Assembly (NCBI GenBank): GCA_947085265.1
Contig: CAMTVR010000012.1
Location: 486,025 to 550,024 of the forward strand
Length of the DNA stretch: 64,000 bases
From: an uncultured Bacillus sp.
GTDB lineage: Bacteria; Bacillota; Bacilli; ZCTH02-B2
Direction of reading: 5' to 3'
How positions within the stretch are numbered: position 1 is the first letter of the stretch; each line of letters opens with the position of its first letter. Both the position numbers and the translations under genes were made by a program. The notes under the pieces are model-generated. The model did no database searches. It saw nothing but the letters and a program-made list of their open reading frames with translations, and was not told the origin of the DNA. Shown one piece after another: positions 1-10,648 of the stretch.

Positions 1-371
1 AAGAGGATGAAAAACAGGGGAACCGAAACGCATTCCACCAGAAATACTAAAAAAAGGCTCCCCAGCATTTTACCAAAAAGGATGGCGCCAGGATCTACAG
101 GAGCCATCCACATCCCTTCCCAATTCCATTCCGCCTCTTCAATCGCCATCAACCGGCCGATACCAAGCAAGGTGGAGAGGAAAATCGGCAGCCAGAGCAA
201 ACCTGCAGCCAATTGGTTCAAGGCCGCCTGATTAGCCTGTAACGAAAAGTGTAGCAGCACCTGGAACAGCGACGCAAAAACAATCATCGACAAAAGCAGG
301 CTCTTTTGGCGAAATTGGATGCGCAGATCTTTCTCCACAACGGCCAGACTGCTGCGCAAAAACGTTCCCAC
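1..371 (-). CDS. ccmB: heme exporter permease CcmB (5' part; runs off window)
   Basis: Manually translated from GTG at 371: MGTFLRSSLAVVEKDLRIQFRQKSLLLSMIVF...AAGLLWLPIF...APVDPGAILFGKMLG; CcmB-like hydrophobic pattern, directly after ccmA; absent from ORF track. Confidence 0.8.
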   Translation of the reverse strand, partial: MGTFLRSSLAVVEKDLRIQFRQKSLLLSMIVFASLFQVLLHFSLQANQAALNQLAAGLLWLPIFLSTLLGIGRLMAIEEAEWNWEGMWMAPVDPGAILFGKMLGSLFLVFLVECVSVPLFFIL

Positions 372-373
372 AG

Positions 374-1102
374 CTAGTCCCTCCCCAGCCAGTGCCCGTA
401 CCCTTGTTCCCAAAAGGACGAAGGCACCTCTTCCCGTTTCCAGCTCTGGACAATCCGTCCCTGATCCAACAGGCACACCCGCCGGCACAACGACTGTATC
501 AACGATACATCATGGCTGATCACAATCATGGTGCACCGCTTTGCGGCCAATTCTGCCAGCCATTGCTGAAGCATGCGGATGGAACGCTCATCCAAACCAT
601 CAAACGGCTCATCCAACAGCAACAGCCGGGGTTGGTGCAAGATGGCGCGGAGGAACGCCAGCCGTTTGCGCATCCCTTTAGAGAGGGTTCCTACCAGCTT
701 GTGGCGCACAGCAGCCAGTTGCAGCCGCGCAAGCCCTTCCTCAATCTGTCGCTGCAGATGAGGGACAGCGAAGAGAACGCCGTAAAACCGCAGGTTTTCC
801 TCCACGGTCAGCCCTTCGTAAAGATAGCTGCCTTCCATCAACAGACCGAGTGCTCTTCTTGAACGAACATGCCCTTGCATCCCCGGTTCGTCAGGAAACA
901 ACGCCACTTTCCCCTCATCCGGCCGCAACAGCTGCGCCATCAAGCGGAGTAATGTCGTCTTGCCGGCTCCATTGGGGCCGATCAGCGCCAAGTGCTGACC
1001 CTCATGCACCGTCAAATCCAATTCCCGAATGATCCGTTCCACTCCTCGCTTGACTGTGACCCCTTCCAGATGCACCACAACACCCATTCCATTTGCTCCC
1101 AA
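374..1102 (-). CDS. ccmA: heme ABC exporter ATP-binding protein CcmA
   Basis: Walker A GPNGAGKTT, signature LSKGM, Walker B LLLLDEP; inside ccm operon. Confidence 0.85.
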   Translation of the reverse strand: MGANGMGVVVHLEGVTVKRGVERIIRELDLTVHEGQHLALIGPNGAGKTTLLRLMAQLLRPDEGKVALFPDEPGMQGHVRSRRALGLLMEGSYLYEGLTVEENLRFYGVLFAVPHLQRQIEEGLARLQLAAVRHKLVGTLSKGMRKRLAFLRAILHQPRLLLLDEPFDGLDERSIRMLQQWLAELAAKRCTMIVISHDVSLIQSLCRRVCLLDQGRIVQSWKREEVPSSFWEQGYGHWLGRD

Positions 1103-1147
1103 CTTGACTCCGTATTTTACTTGACTTGACGCATCGGTGGTTGCGCA

Positions 1148-2146
1148 TTATTCATTCACGCGGTTCAACGGCTGCTGCCGCTCCTGATAGAGGTGATAAA
1201 TCGGTAACAGAGCCTCTTCCAGCTGCTGCCGCTTCTTTTCATATTCTTCAACCGAAATGGCTTGCGTACTATAAGCCCGTTCCACTTCCACCAATCGGTT
1301 TAGGAGATTTTCCCGTTGCTGGAGAAGCGTTTCCGCAGCGTTGCGACGGCTGACGGCCTGCGCCCGCCACATCGAGGTCCGCACGCCGACAAATCCGAGA
1401 AACAAAAAGACCACGATAAAAAGGATATTAAAAATGGCCTTATTGACCCCTTGCTGGTAATCGTGATACACCACAGGCAGACCGCTGGGATGGGTGGATT
1501 TGTCCACCTGCTGAGGAAGCGCTTTACCGTCCAACACGGTAAAATGCAACGACCAAGCCTCACCAGGGTGCAGGTTCAACCGGGTGAAGCGGCGCAAATT
1601 CTGACCATTAAACTGCAGCATCTCTGACCGCGTGAGAAAGTTGAGCGCTTCCACTGCCAGCCGTTCCGGAGGGACCAAGATCTGCACCGATTTGCTCAAG
1701 TAGGAGACTGGGTAATTCATAATGAGACGATTCCCCTCATAGGGAACACGGTACGAGTAAGCAAGCACCCGTTGTTCTCCCGGTCCGATACCGGTGTACT
1801 CCACTACGCCTCCATCACGCATCTCATGCTTGCCCCAACCTTCAATCGGCGTGAAGTTTTCCACTCCTTCCGGCAGGGCAAGGTAGATTTCCTGCGCTGC
1901 CGCCTGTCCCCTGTTTTCCAGTGTGGCCAGAACAATAAACTGGAGCCGTCGATCCTCAATGGGCAGGACAACCACTTCCTGGTTAAGGATCTGAATGTCC
2001 GGGGTGGCCGCGGCGACCACCCCAGCGCCGCCCGTCACCATCCAAATGAAAAATAAAAGCAGCAGAAGCAGACCCATCCCCCGGCTCAACCTTCGGATGA
2101 TCGGCGTGCTATCTGTCCCGGCCCTGTTCAACAAGCGCCTACCCAT
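1148..2146 (-). CDS. membrane-anchored accessory protein of ccm operon, unknown function
   Basis: N-terminal TM/signal, beta-rich extracytoplasmic part, second TM, C-terminal coiled segment; overlaps upstream gene. Confidence 0.7.
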   Translation of the reverse strand: MGRRLLNRAGTDSTPIIRRLSRGMGLLLLLLFFIWMVTGGAGVVAAATPDIQILNQEVVVLPIEDRRLQFIVLATLENRGQAAAQEIYLALPEGVENFTPIEGWGKHEMRDGGVVEYTGIGPGEQRVLAYSYRVPYEGNRLIMNYPVSYLSKSVQILVPPERLAVEALNFLTRSEMLQFNGQNLRRFTRLNLHPGEAWSLHFTVLDGKALPQQVDKSTHPSGLPVVYHDYQQGVNKAIFNILFIVVFLFLGFVGVRTSMWRAQAVSRRNAAETLLQQRENLLNRLVEVERAYSTQAISVEEYEKKRQQLEEALLPIYHLYQERQQPLNRVNE

Positions 2147-2456
2147 GCTTCATCCCCTTCTCCAACCTTGTCAGCACTTCAGATCTCACTTGACGGCGAA
2201 GTTGCTCCTCCCTGACCTTATCTTTGGCGGCCAGACGGGACAGTTGCTGAATCAACTCCTGACGCATCTCTTCATAATCTTGCCGGGTGATCTTGTCCAT
2301 ATAAAAATCGTATTCCAAATCTGCCAGCTGCGAAAACAATTGGTCCCGCTCCTCTTGATCATCCAGGCCTTCCTCCTGTCCCAGAAAATTTCGCAGCAGC
2401 GGAAAAACCATGATGCCAAGTGTCACCACAGCCATTAGGACAATCCAAAATATCAT
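2139..2456 (-). CDS. CcmI N-terminal-like small membrane protein
   Basis: Single TM ending in FPLLR followed by QLADLEYDFYMDKITRQDYEEMR, resembling the CcmI/CycH N-terminal motif. Confidence 0.6.
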   Translation of the reverse strand: MIFWIVLMAVVTLGIMVFPLLRNFLGQEEGLDDQEERDQLFSQLADLEYDFYMDKITRQDYEEMRQELIQQLSRLAAKDKVREEQLRRQVRSEVLTRLEKGMKHG

Positions 2457-2496
2457 GGCATCAGCCCCTGTTCTTTCGATGTTCGTATGTGGGCCC

Positions 2497-4494
2497 TCAC
2501 TGATTGCTCACTTGCACTCTCTTCCGCATAACAGAACTTTCCGCCTGTTCCAGTCGAGGGCGCTCCGGCCAGAGTGCAATCAGCGTACCAGCCATCATCA
2601 CATACATTCCGAACCAAACCCAGTTGATCAGTGGAAAAATCATCGCCTGAAAAACGGCGGCGTTGGTTTGCTCATCCCATCCCCCCAACACCAGATACAG
2701 ATCTCCCAGCCAAGTGTGGTAGATCGCCACCTCCGTGGATGGTTGTCCAACCAAAGTGTAAAACACTTTTTCCGGACGCATGACAACCAGCTGTTGTCCG
2801 TCCTTTTCCACGATCACATCGGCAAAGATTTCCGTCCGGTAGGCGTCGCCCGTTTCCTGCAACCCTTCATAAGTCAACGTATAAGCACCCACCTGCATCT
2901 GTTGACCCGGTTGCAACATCCCTTGGACATTCACCTCATACGCGCTGGCACCGGTATAGCCAAAGATGATGAAAAGGAGCGCCAGATGAACCAGATACCC
3001 CCCATAACGGCGACGGTTTCGCTGAAAGAGCCGAAAGAAAGAGTGAAGGAAGGGTTCCCCGGTCATCTTCTGACGTGCCTGTACGGCTTTGGCAAATTCC
3101 AGCAAAATGATCACAGCCACAAACACGCCACTGGTAAAGGAAAAGAGCGCCAACCAGCCACGAAGACCCATAATGTACGCGAGCAAAAGAAAGGCAACAG
3201 CCATCAACGCCGGCAACATAAGATTCTTCCGCAACAGGCGGAATGAGGAACGGCGCCAAGCCAACATGGGCGCAACGCCCATCAGGATGACAACAGCGAT
3301 AAAGATCGGGATATTGACGCGATTGAAAAACGGCGCGCCCACGGTCATCTTCTCGCCGGTGATAAGCTCGGAGACAATCGGGTACATCGTCCCCCAGAAA
3401 ACGCTAAAGGCTGACCCCAACAACAGGAGATTGTTGATCATAAAACCGCTCTCTTTGGAAGCCACTGCCTCATATTGGTTCTCCGCTTTCAAAAGTGGCC
3501 ACTTCCAGACCAGGACCGCTAAGGAGAAAATTATGATCATGCCGACAAAAGTGAGAAAATAGGTGCCCATCGGCCCGTTGGCAAAGGCATGAACCGAAAA
3601 CAACAACCCGCTGCGCGTCAGAAAGGTGCCAAAAATGGTCAGCACAAACGTCACCATGATCAAAATCATGTTCCAGCCTTTCAGCATTCCCTTTTTCTCC
3701 TGCACCATCGCCGAATGCAAAAAGGCGGTCGACGTCAGCCAAGGAAGCAACGCCGCGTTTTCGACCGGGTCCCAAGCCCAATAACCGCCCCAACCCAGCT
3801 CTTCATAGGCCCACTGCGAGCCGTAGAGAATCCCGACACCCAAAAACAACCAGGAGACCAACGTCCAGCGGCGGGTCACTTTCAGCCAGGTGGCACTTGT
3901 CTGGTTGGTCAACAACGCGGCGATTGCATAGGCATAAGGAACAGCGAAACCGATGTACCCAAGATACAGATTGACCGGGTGCACCATCATCGACGGATTT
4001 TGCAGCATCGGATTCAGGCTGTTCCCTTCCGCGGCCTGTACGCCGGCCAACGCGAAGGGAAAGGCAATGGTATTCATGACGAGCACAAAGAAAAACAAAA
4101 TGCCGCTGAGCACAGCCGTGACGACAGGCTGCATCACTTCCCGCTGCCTGTGTTTGAGAAAACTTGCCAGAAGGCTGTAGATGGAAAGCAACCAGGTCCA
4201 GAACAACAAGGAACCGGCGCTGCCGCCCCAAAAGGCCGCGATCTTGTATATCAACGGTAAATTGGAGCTACTGTAATTGACCACATACTGATAGCGAAAG
4301 TCGTCTGTCACCAGCAAAAACCATAGTGAAACAGACGCCACGGTAGCGAGAAAGACGGTCGCGACCATCCCGGCCCGTCCAGCAGCCGCCAACCGCGGCC
4401 GCTTCAACCAGCCTCCCAGCGCACTCATCACAAAAGTATAGGGTACGACAAAAAGCAAGAACACAATGGCCCAACGCCCAATCTCGCCCATCAT
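2497..4494 (-). CDS. ccmF: cytochrome c heme lyase CcmF
   Basis: WWD motif WAYEELGWGGYWAWDPVEN, MVHP, FLHS, SVHAFA; start moved to ATG 4494 by RBS. Confidence 0.95.
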   Translation of the reverse strand: MMGEIGRWAIVFLLFVVPYTFVMSALGGWLKRPRLAAAGRAGMVATVFLATVASVSLWFLLVTDDFRYQYVVNYSSSNLPLIYKIAAFWGGSAGSLLFWTWLLSIYSLLASFLKHRQREVMQPVVTAVLSGILFFFVLVMNTIAFPFALAGVQAAEGNSLNPMLQNPSMMVHPVNLYLGYIGFAVPYAYAIAALLTNQTSATWLKVTRRWTLVSWLFLGVGILYGSQWAYEELGWGGYWAWDPVENAALLPWLTSTAFLHSAMVQEKKGMLKGWNMILIMVTFVLTIFGTFLTRSGLLFSVHAFANGPMGTYFLTFVGMIIIFSLAVLVWKWPLLKAENQYEAVASKESGFMINNLLLLGSAFSVFWGTMYPIVSELITGEKMTVGAPFFNRVNIPIFIAVVILMGVAPMLAWRRSSFRLLRKNLMLPALMAVAFLLLAYIMGLRGWLALFSFTSGVFVAVIILLEFAKAVQARQKMTGEPFLHSFFRLFQRNRRRYGGYLVHLALLFIIFGYTGASAYEVNVQGMLQPGQQMQVGAYTLTYEGLQETGDAYRTEIFADVIVEKDGQQLVVMRPEKVFYTLVGQPSTEVAIYHTWLGDLYLVLGGWDEQTNAAVFQAMIFPLINWVWFGMYVMMAGTLIALWPERPRLEQAESSVMRKRVQVSNQ

Positions 4495-4519
4495 CCACTT
4501 CCTTTCAACGCATCTAGGT

Positions 4520-4978
4520 TCACTCGCTCTGTTTTCCCGTCGGCAGCCCCTGTTCCTCATGCGGATTGGGCACGCCCGATTCCTCTAACGCCTCATACTT
4601 GGACGGGCACTTGACATACAGTTGGTCAGCCTCGAACACTCCTTGTGGATTCAATCGTCCCTCGACAATCGCCTCCCAGCCATCATACATCGTATCCGGC
4701 TTCATCCCCTTGTACAAAACTGGCAACTCATGGCCGGCCTCAGAGCGCAGCTGGAAGCGCAGCTCCATCTTTTCCTGGTTCCAGTCGAGGGAATCGCCCA
4801 CGATCAGACCGCTCAATTTCACCGCTTTCCCGACGGCCTGCTCCCCTTGTTGTGCCATTTCGTCAATCGTCCAGTAAAATGTATTGGCTTGGGACATGCC
4901 TACTGCCACCAAAGAAATGATCACCGCCAAAATCACGCCAATCGCGAGGGTCAATTTTGTTTTGACGCCCACATTCAT
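4520..4978 (-). CDS. ccmE: heme chaperone CcmE, CxxxY variant
   Basis: N-terminal TM, OB-fold-like core, KCPSKY in place of KHDENY; GGAGG RBS before ATG 4978. Confidence 0.92.
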   Translation of the reverse strand: MNVGVKTKLTLAIGVILAVIISLVAVGMSQANTFYWTIDEMAQQGEQAVGKAVKLSGLIVGDSLDWNQEKMELRFQLRSEAGHELPVLYKGMKPDTMYDGWEAIVEGRLNPQGVFEADQLYVKCPSKYEALEESGVPNPHEEQGLPTGKQSE

Positions 4979-5149
4979 CCCTCCTACCCACAACCGTTGC
5001 CATTATCCTGTTGTATCATACTCTGAACAAAACAAACTTTGCTGTTTACAAAGGTTCGCATCCATTATCGATTCCATCTTACCTTATTTTCAAGAACCAG
5101 GACATCCTTTAAGGTTTGACATTTCTGTGAATCATACCCTTATCACATG

Positions 5150-5842
5150 CTATACCATCAGCAATTGCCGGAATCCATCCAGGACGGGCAGTCCCACATG
5201 CTCAGCCATCTTGACCACCTTTTGCCGATCATATGGAATGCGCCGTTGCGTCACACTGATAGCGCCATCCTTGCTCAAATCCAGGATGGTATAGGCAGCC
5301 CTCGGATCGCCATCCAAGTGGAGACTGCAATAGCCGACCGAAATCAGAACTTTGCCGTTCAACCAACGGACATACGGACGGTGAATGTGACCGTAAGCGA
5401 CAATCGCGGCACCGGATCGCATCTGGCGAGCTACCGTATCTTGTGGCGCGTCTGGTGAGACCACGTCCAGCACATTTTCCGGTGTGGCATGAAATACTTC
5501 CAAGCGCACGCCATCCCATTCCCATTCCCGCTTGAGAGGAAGCTGCGCAAGATAGTCGAGGTGTTCCGATTGGAGTCTTTCCCTTGTAAACTGAAGGTGT
5601 TCGCGTACATAATCATCCTCTTTAAAGGGGGTGTTTTTTACCACCGCTTCATCCCAATTCCCTCTGACCACCGGGATATTCAGTTCTCTGATACGGTTCA
5701 CCACAACCGCTGGGTCGGGACCTGCTCCCACCAAATCACCCAGGCAGATCACCCGTTCCGCCTGTTGCTGACGGATATCTTCTATCACCGCCTCCAAGGC
5801 CACCGGGTTGGCGTGTACATCAGAAAACAAAGCAATCCGCAT
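5150..5842 (-). CDS. metallophosphoesterase (YfcE-like)
   Basis: SDVHAN, LGDLV, RGNWD, GHIH motifs. Confidence 0.9.
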   Translation of the reverse strand: MRIALFSDVHANPVALEAVIEDIRQQQAERVICLGDLVGAGPDPAVVVNRIRELNIPVVRGNWDEAVVKNTPFKEDDYVREHLQFTRERLQSEHLDYLAQLPLKREWEWDGVRLEVFHATPENVLDVVSPDAPQDTVARQMRSGAAIVAYGHIHRPYVRWLNGKVLISVGYCSLHLDGDPRAAYTILDLSKDGAISVTQRRIPYDRQKVVKMAEHVGLPVLDGFRQLLMV

Positions 5843-6020
5843 CCAGGATCATCTCCTTCACGTGATCATCAACGTTTAGACTTGAGAAATGAGTATGAGG
5901 AAACTTTCTTTTCATCGACTAATCCCTTTTCTCTAGACTAAAATGCGTTCGGTAGCGTACGCTAAAGCTTGGAGCAAGACACTTGTTAAAACATGGAAAA
6001 ACCCCGGGGGAGGTCATCGG

Positions 6021-6887
6021 ATGCGTCCAACAAAAATCGCCACTTTGTCCGTCTTCAGCAATACTCTTGTCACAATCCTCAAGCTGGTGGCCGGATTTAT
6101 CACCGGCTCGGTAGCCATTTTATCGGAAGCAATTCATTCTTCCCTGGACTTGGTGGCCTCCACCATCGCCTACTTTTCTGTCAAGATCTCCAGAAAACCA
6201 CCCGATCGGGAACACCCATACGGACACGGCAAGGTGGAAAATGTGTCCGGAACGATTGAAACCCTGCTCATCTTCGTGGCAGGTTTTTGGATCATTTACG
6301 AATCGGTAACAAAGCTGCTTCATCCTGAACCGATTCAACTGCCGCTTCTTGGAGTGGCCGTCATGCTGCTCGGCGCGGCCATTAATTTAGTGGTCGGGCT
6401 CAAAGTCAAGCAGGTCGGGGAGAAAATCGACTCGGTGGCCATGCGTTCCAATGCGCTGCACCTTCTCACCGATGTCTTCTCCTCGCTAGGGGTCGCCGTT
6501 AGTCTGTTGCTGGTGACGTTGACCAATTTCACTATCATTGACCCGATGATAGGCATTGCCATTGCCATTTACATTATGAAGGAAGCCTACCAACTGGGCA
6601 AACAATCCTTTACTCCCCTGCTGGACGCAAGTCTCAGCGAGGAGGAAAAAAACACCATCCGGAAGATCATCGAATCTTATCAGGAAGAATTCATTGAGTA
6701 TCACGATCTGCGGACCCGTCGGGCGGGTGCAGAAAAACATATCGACTTCCACTTGGTTGTCCCGTCACACCTGCCGGTCGATCAGGCTCACGCCCTTTGC
6801 GACCGGATCGAAACCGAGTTAAAGCAAAAGATCAAACCCGCCCGGGTGCTGATTCATTTGGAGCCCGAACATGAAAAGTTGCGGTGA
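6021..6887 (+). CDS. cation diffusion facilitator (FieF-like)
   Basis: SEAIHSSLD, PPDREHPYGHGKVE, HLLTD, C-terminal dimerisation domain. Confidence 0.93.
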   Translation: MRPTKIATLSVFSNTLVTILKLVAGFITGSVAILSEAIHSSLDLVASTIAYFSVKISRKPPDREHPYGHGKVENVSGTIETLLIFVAGFWIIYESVTKLLHPEPIQLPLLGVAVMLLGAAINLVVGLKVKQVGEKIDSVAMRSNALHLLTDVFSSLGVAVSLLLVTLTNFTIIDPMIGIAIAIYIMKEAYQLGKQSFTPLLDASLSEEEKNTIRKIIESYQEEFIEYHDLRTRRAGAEKHIDFHLVVPSHLPVDQAHALCDRIETELKQKIKPARVLIHLEPEHEKLR

Positions 6888-6973
6888 AAAGCAAGCTGGA
6901 AGCCGCGGAAAAAAGCCGGTACCCTCGATTGTAAGTTGGGACCGGCTTTCACCTGTTATTGCGAGATGTGCCA

Positions 6974-7807
6974 TCAGACTCCCCGGCCGGCTTGCTCCGC
7001 CATTTCACGGACAACCGTGCGGACAATGTGGATCGAATCAAACTCTCCGCCGGACACCTCGATAATCGACAAGGATTCCGGGAACAGTTTTGCATTGATC
7101 TCCTCGATCGTCAATCCCTGTCCGTACAGGTGCAGGATCTCGCCACTGAGATTTTCCAGTTCTTCCAGCTTCATAGCCAGCATTCGCTTGCCGTCGGGCA
7201 AATACCCCGCGTGGCAACAGTACATCGGCTGAAAATCATGCTGCAACACCTTGCGGAGCGAATCCATGATGGTCGGTATGGATTCCTGGCGCATGATCAC
7301 TCTGGTTTTCGGCGAGAGGAACAGATCGCCGGAAAAAAGCCTCCCTCTCTCCTCGTCCAGCAACACGACATGATCGTAAGCGTGGCCAGGCGTGTAAATG
7401 ACCTTCCAGAGCCGGCTGCGGGATGCTGCCTGCTCTCCCAATGGCTGCGCCGTGAAAGGTTTCCTGATCCCCCAGACGGCCTGGCGATACTCGGGATACT
7501 CCGGCCAGGAAGCGCAAAATGCCACCCCCGCCGGATGGATCGAAAGCGGCACGGTCAGATGCCGTTCAATCCAGGCGGCCGTCCCCACGTGATCCTCGTG
7601 GCTGTGCGTCAAGACAACCTGATCGATCTCTCCCGCATGTTCCTGGTAAAAAACAGAAAGGTCCCGTTCGGCACTCGCGCAGCCGGTATCGATCAGCATG
7701 CCATCTGTTAGAAAGACGCACACGGAGGAGCTGCGCCCGCCTGTCGACAGGCTGACCCGGACACAAGTCACATCTTCATGCACGGACAGGTCGATCGCCG
7801 TTTTCAT
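6974..7807 (-). CDS. MBL-fold metallo-hydrolase
   Basis: THSHEDHVG, TPGH, SGDLF motifs. Confidence 0.9.
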   Translation of the reverse strand: MKTAIDLSVHEDVTCVRVSLSTGGRSSSVCVFLTDGMLIDTGCASAERDLSVFYQEHAGEIDQVVLTHSHEDHVGTAAWIERHLTVPLSIHPAGVAFCASWPEYPEYRQAVWGIRKPFTAQPLGEQAASRSRLWKVIYTPGHAYDHVVLLDEERGRLFSGDLFLSPKTRVIMRQESIPTIMDSLRKVLQHDFQPMYCCHAGYLPDGKRMLAMKLEELENLSGEILHLYGQGLTIEEINAKLFPESLSIIEVSGGEFDSIHIVRTVVREMAEQAGRGV

Positions 7808-7952
7808 GCCACACCTTCCTTTGTCCATTCCTGCTCTTCCGCTTTCTGAACGCAGTCCGAGCCGGCCTTGCAGGAATTTCGATTGTCTAAATATAATTCT
7901 GACAAGTGCCATTTTATCATTCATTCGCAGGAATGACAACAGCTTCCCTTTT

Positions 7953-9302
7953 TCAACCGATCAGCACCCTTTCTTCCGGATACCGATAGGATTCCTTGCG
8001 TTGCATCTGCGCCAGGGCATAGGCCACGGTGAGCGGTCCCACCCGTCCGGCCAACATGGTCAGCGTGATGATGGCCTTGCCAATTGGGGACAACTCGGGC
8101 GTCAACCCCATCGACAATCCACAGGTACTGAATGCCGAAATAGCCTCAAACATCACCTCCAGGAAACTCTCCGCGCGATCCCGTTCTGTAAAAGATAACA
8201 CCATCGATACCATGAATACCATCGTCATCGCAAGCATCACCAAGGCCAAGGCGCGGAAGATCTGGCCCTGACTAATCCGGCGCTGCATCACCGACACCTC
8301 CCTCCGCCCCCGGACGACGCTGTAGATCGTGACATACAACAACGCGAAAGTCGTCGTCTTGATTCCTCCACCTGTCGAACCCGGGGAGGCGCCGACAAAC
8401 ATCAGCAGCATGAGCAAAAACTGCGAAGTAGGCAACATCGCCGCAATATCAAGCGTGTTAAATCCGGCGGTTCGTGCGGTCACCGATTGAAAATAAGCAC
8501 CCCAGATGCGTTCTGAAAGCGTCAAGTCCTTAAAGGTTTGCGGGTTAAACCATTCGATGAGGAAAATCAGAACGGCCCCAATCAAGAGCAACCCTGTGGT
8601 CGTCAGTAAAACCAGTTTGGAGTGAAGGGACAACTTTTTCCAACGCCGATGTTGCCCAATATCAACGATCACAGTAAAGCCCAAACCTCCCAGAACCACC
8701 AGCCCGCTGAAGGTCAGATTGACCACCGGATCGCCGACAAACTGCATCAAGCTGTCGGACCAAAGGGACATCCCCGCATTATTGAACGCGGATACCGCAT
8801 GAAAAATGGCAAAAAACAAAGCCTCCTGGCCCATTTCAGGATACCAGCGAAGGAAGAGCACTCCCGTACCGATCCCCTCAAGGGTAAAAGCAATTAAAAA
8901 GACCGACAGAGCGAGGCGCACCGCGCCTTCCACCACTTGCTGATTAAATGACTGTTGGATATACAGGCGTTGCTGAAAGGAGATCTTGCGCCCCAAAATC
9001 AGGAAGATCAAGACGGCAAACGTCATAAATCCCAATCCGCCAATCTGGATCAAAGTGAGAATCACTACCTGTCCAAAACGGGAAAATGTAGAGCCGATAT
9101 CCACGACAGCAAGCCCGGTCACACAAGCGGCGGAAGTGGCCATGAACAGCGCATCCAGAAAGCCTACACTTTGGCCTGTCGCCGATGCCACAGGCAGCAT
9201 CAAGAGAAATGTACCGATCAAAATAATGACCACAAAACCCAAGAGGAGCACCTGACTCGGATTCAAACGCTTCTTCTTTTGAAGAACAGTCAATCCATCC
9301 AC
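7953..9302 (-). CDS. ktrB: KtrB/TrkH family K+ uptake membrane subunit
   Basis: Four filter segments SAACVTGL, SAFNNAG, ARTAGFNT, SAFSTCGLS; GSTGGGIK; C-terminal YPEERVLIG. Confidence 0.92.
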   Translation of the reverse strand: MDGLTVLQKKKRLNPSQVLLLGFVVIILIGTFLLMLPVASATGQSVGFLDALFMATSAACVTGLAVVDIGSTFSRFGQVVILTLIQIGGLGFMTFAVLIFLILGRKISFQQRLYIQQSFNQQVVEGAVRLALSVFLIAFTLEGIGTGVLFLRWYPEMGQEALFFAIFHAVSAFNNAGMSLWSDSLMQFVGDPVVNLTFSGLVVLGGLGFTVIVDIGQHRRWKKLSLHSKLVLLTTTGLLLIGAVLIFLIEWFNPQTFKDLTLSERIWGAYFQSVTARTAGFNTLDIAAMLPTSQFLLMLLMFVGASPGSTGGGIKTTTFALLYVTIYSVVRGRREVSVMQRRISQGQIFRALALVMLAMTMVFMVSMVLSFTERDRAESFLEVMFEAISAFSTCGLSMGLTPELSPIGKAIITLTMLAGRVGPLTVAYALAQMQRKESYRYPEERVLIG

Positions 9303-9590
9303 CTCATCCAGTCACGTATTTTCAGCAGTATCCAGAGCAAAATGCTTACGATGTCGTGTGCCCAGTACCCTCATCCCATCATGGAAGCCGGATGTCCGCA
9401 ACCCGGTTATTCCATGAACACTGGATTGATGGGACCTGCCAATGATGATACAATGCCATTAATGGATCGCGTTTACCCTCAATGGTTTATTGCCGATGAT
9501 ACGGTTTCGCATCGAAAAATGTAACTAGCCTATCATAACAAGTGAGCATGAAATCCACAAGATGGCACATTCAGACACGAGGTGGAAACA

Positions 9591-10592
9591 ATGAGTCTCC
9601 AAATCGGGCATCTCAAGCTGAATAACAACGTCGTACTGGCTCCGATGGCAGGCGTCTGCAATCCGGCTTTCCGCTTGATCGCCAAAGAATTCGGCGCCGG
9701 TTTAGTCTGCGCCGAAATGGTCAGCGACAAAGGAATCGTCTATGGCAATCAAAAGACACTGGACATGCTGTACGTCGATGAGCGTGAAAGACCCTTAAGC
9801 CTCCAGATTTTTGGCGCCGACATCGAGACGCTGGTCCAAGCGGCAAGTTACGTGGACAAATACACCAATGCCGATATCATCGACATCAACATGGGCTGCC
9901 CTGTACCCAAAATCGTCAACTGCGACGCGGGTGCCCGCTGGCTGCTGAAACCGGAAAAAGTGGAAGAGATGGTCCGGACCATCGTCCGTCACGTTTCCAA
10001 GCCGGTGACCGTCAAGATGCGCATCGGCTGGGATGAAAAGCGGATCGTGGCCGTAGAGGTGGCACAGGCAGTGGAAGCAGCGGGCGGAAGCGCGGTCGCG
10101 GTACACGGCCGCACGCGCGTGCAAATGTACGAAGGCAAGGCCAACTGGGAGATCATCCGCAAGGTCAAAGAAGCCGTCAAGATCCCGGTAATCGGCAACG
10201 GGGATATCTTCACTCCGCAGGATGCCAAACGGATGCTAGAGACGACCGGCTGCGACGGCGTGATGATCGGCCGCGCCGCGTTGGGCAATCCCTGGATGCT
10301 GTACCGCACCGTCCAATATTTGACGACCGGAACCCTTCCCCCCGAACCGACACCGCGCGAAAAGATCGATATCGCCCTGCTCCACTTGGATCGCTTGATC
10401 AAGGTGAAGGGCGAAAAGATTGCTGTCAAGGAAATGCGCAGACACGCGGCATGGTACCTGAAAGGCTTGCCGCGTTCTGCCGAGATGCGGGTTGCCGTCA
10501 ACCAACAGGAAACGCGCGAGGGAATGCGCCAGTTGCTCCTCTCGTACACGGAAGAACTGGAAAAGCGTGCGCAATGCCGCACCGCCAGCTAG
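9591..10592 (+). CDS. dusB: tRNA dihydrouridine synthase DusB
   Basis: [37 protein letters not shown]. Confidence 0.95.
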   Translation: MSLQIGHLKLNNNVVLAPMAGVCNPAFRLIAKEFGAGLVCAEMVSDKGIVYGNQKTLDMLYVDERERPLSLQIFGADIETLVQAASYVDKYTNADIIDINMGCPVPKIVNCDAGARWLLKPEKVEEMVRTIVRHVSKPVTVKMRIGWDEKRIVAVEVAQAVEAAGGSAVAVHGRTRVQMYEGKANWEIIRKVKEAVKIPVIGNGDIFTPQDAKRMLETTGCDGVMIGRAALGNPWMLYRTVQYLTTGTLPPEPTPREKIDIALLHLDRLIKVKGEKIAVKEMRRHAAWYLKGLPRSAEMRVAVNQQETREGMRQLLLSYTEELEKRAQCRTAS

Positions 10593-10648
10593 CACGGCCA
10601 ACCAACTAGAACCGCCAGAACAGCTTGAACGCCACCTGAAATATCACA

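Noticed and set aside
9303-9580. c-di-AMP (ydaO) riboswitch upstream of ktrB
   Set aside because: Could not find the conserved GCTGAATCC and GTCAGCTAAC elements on the minus strand
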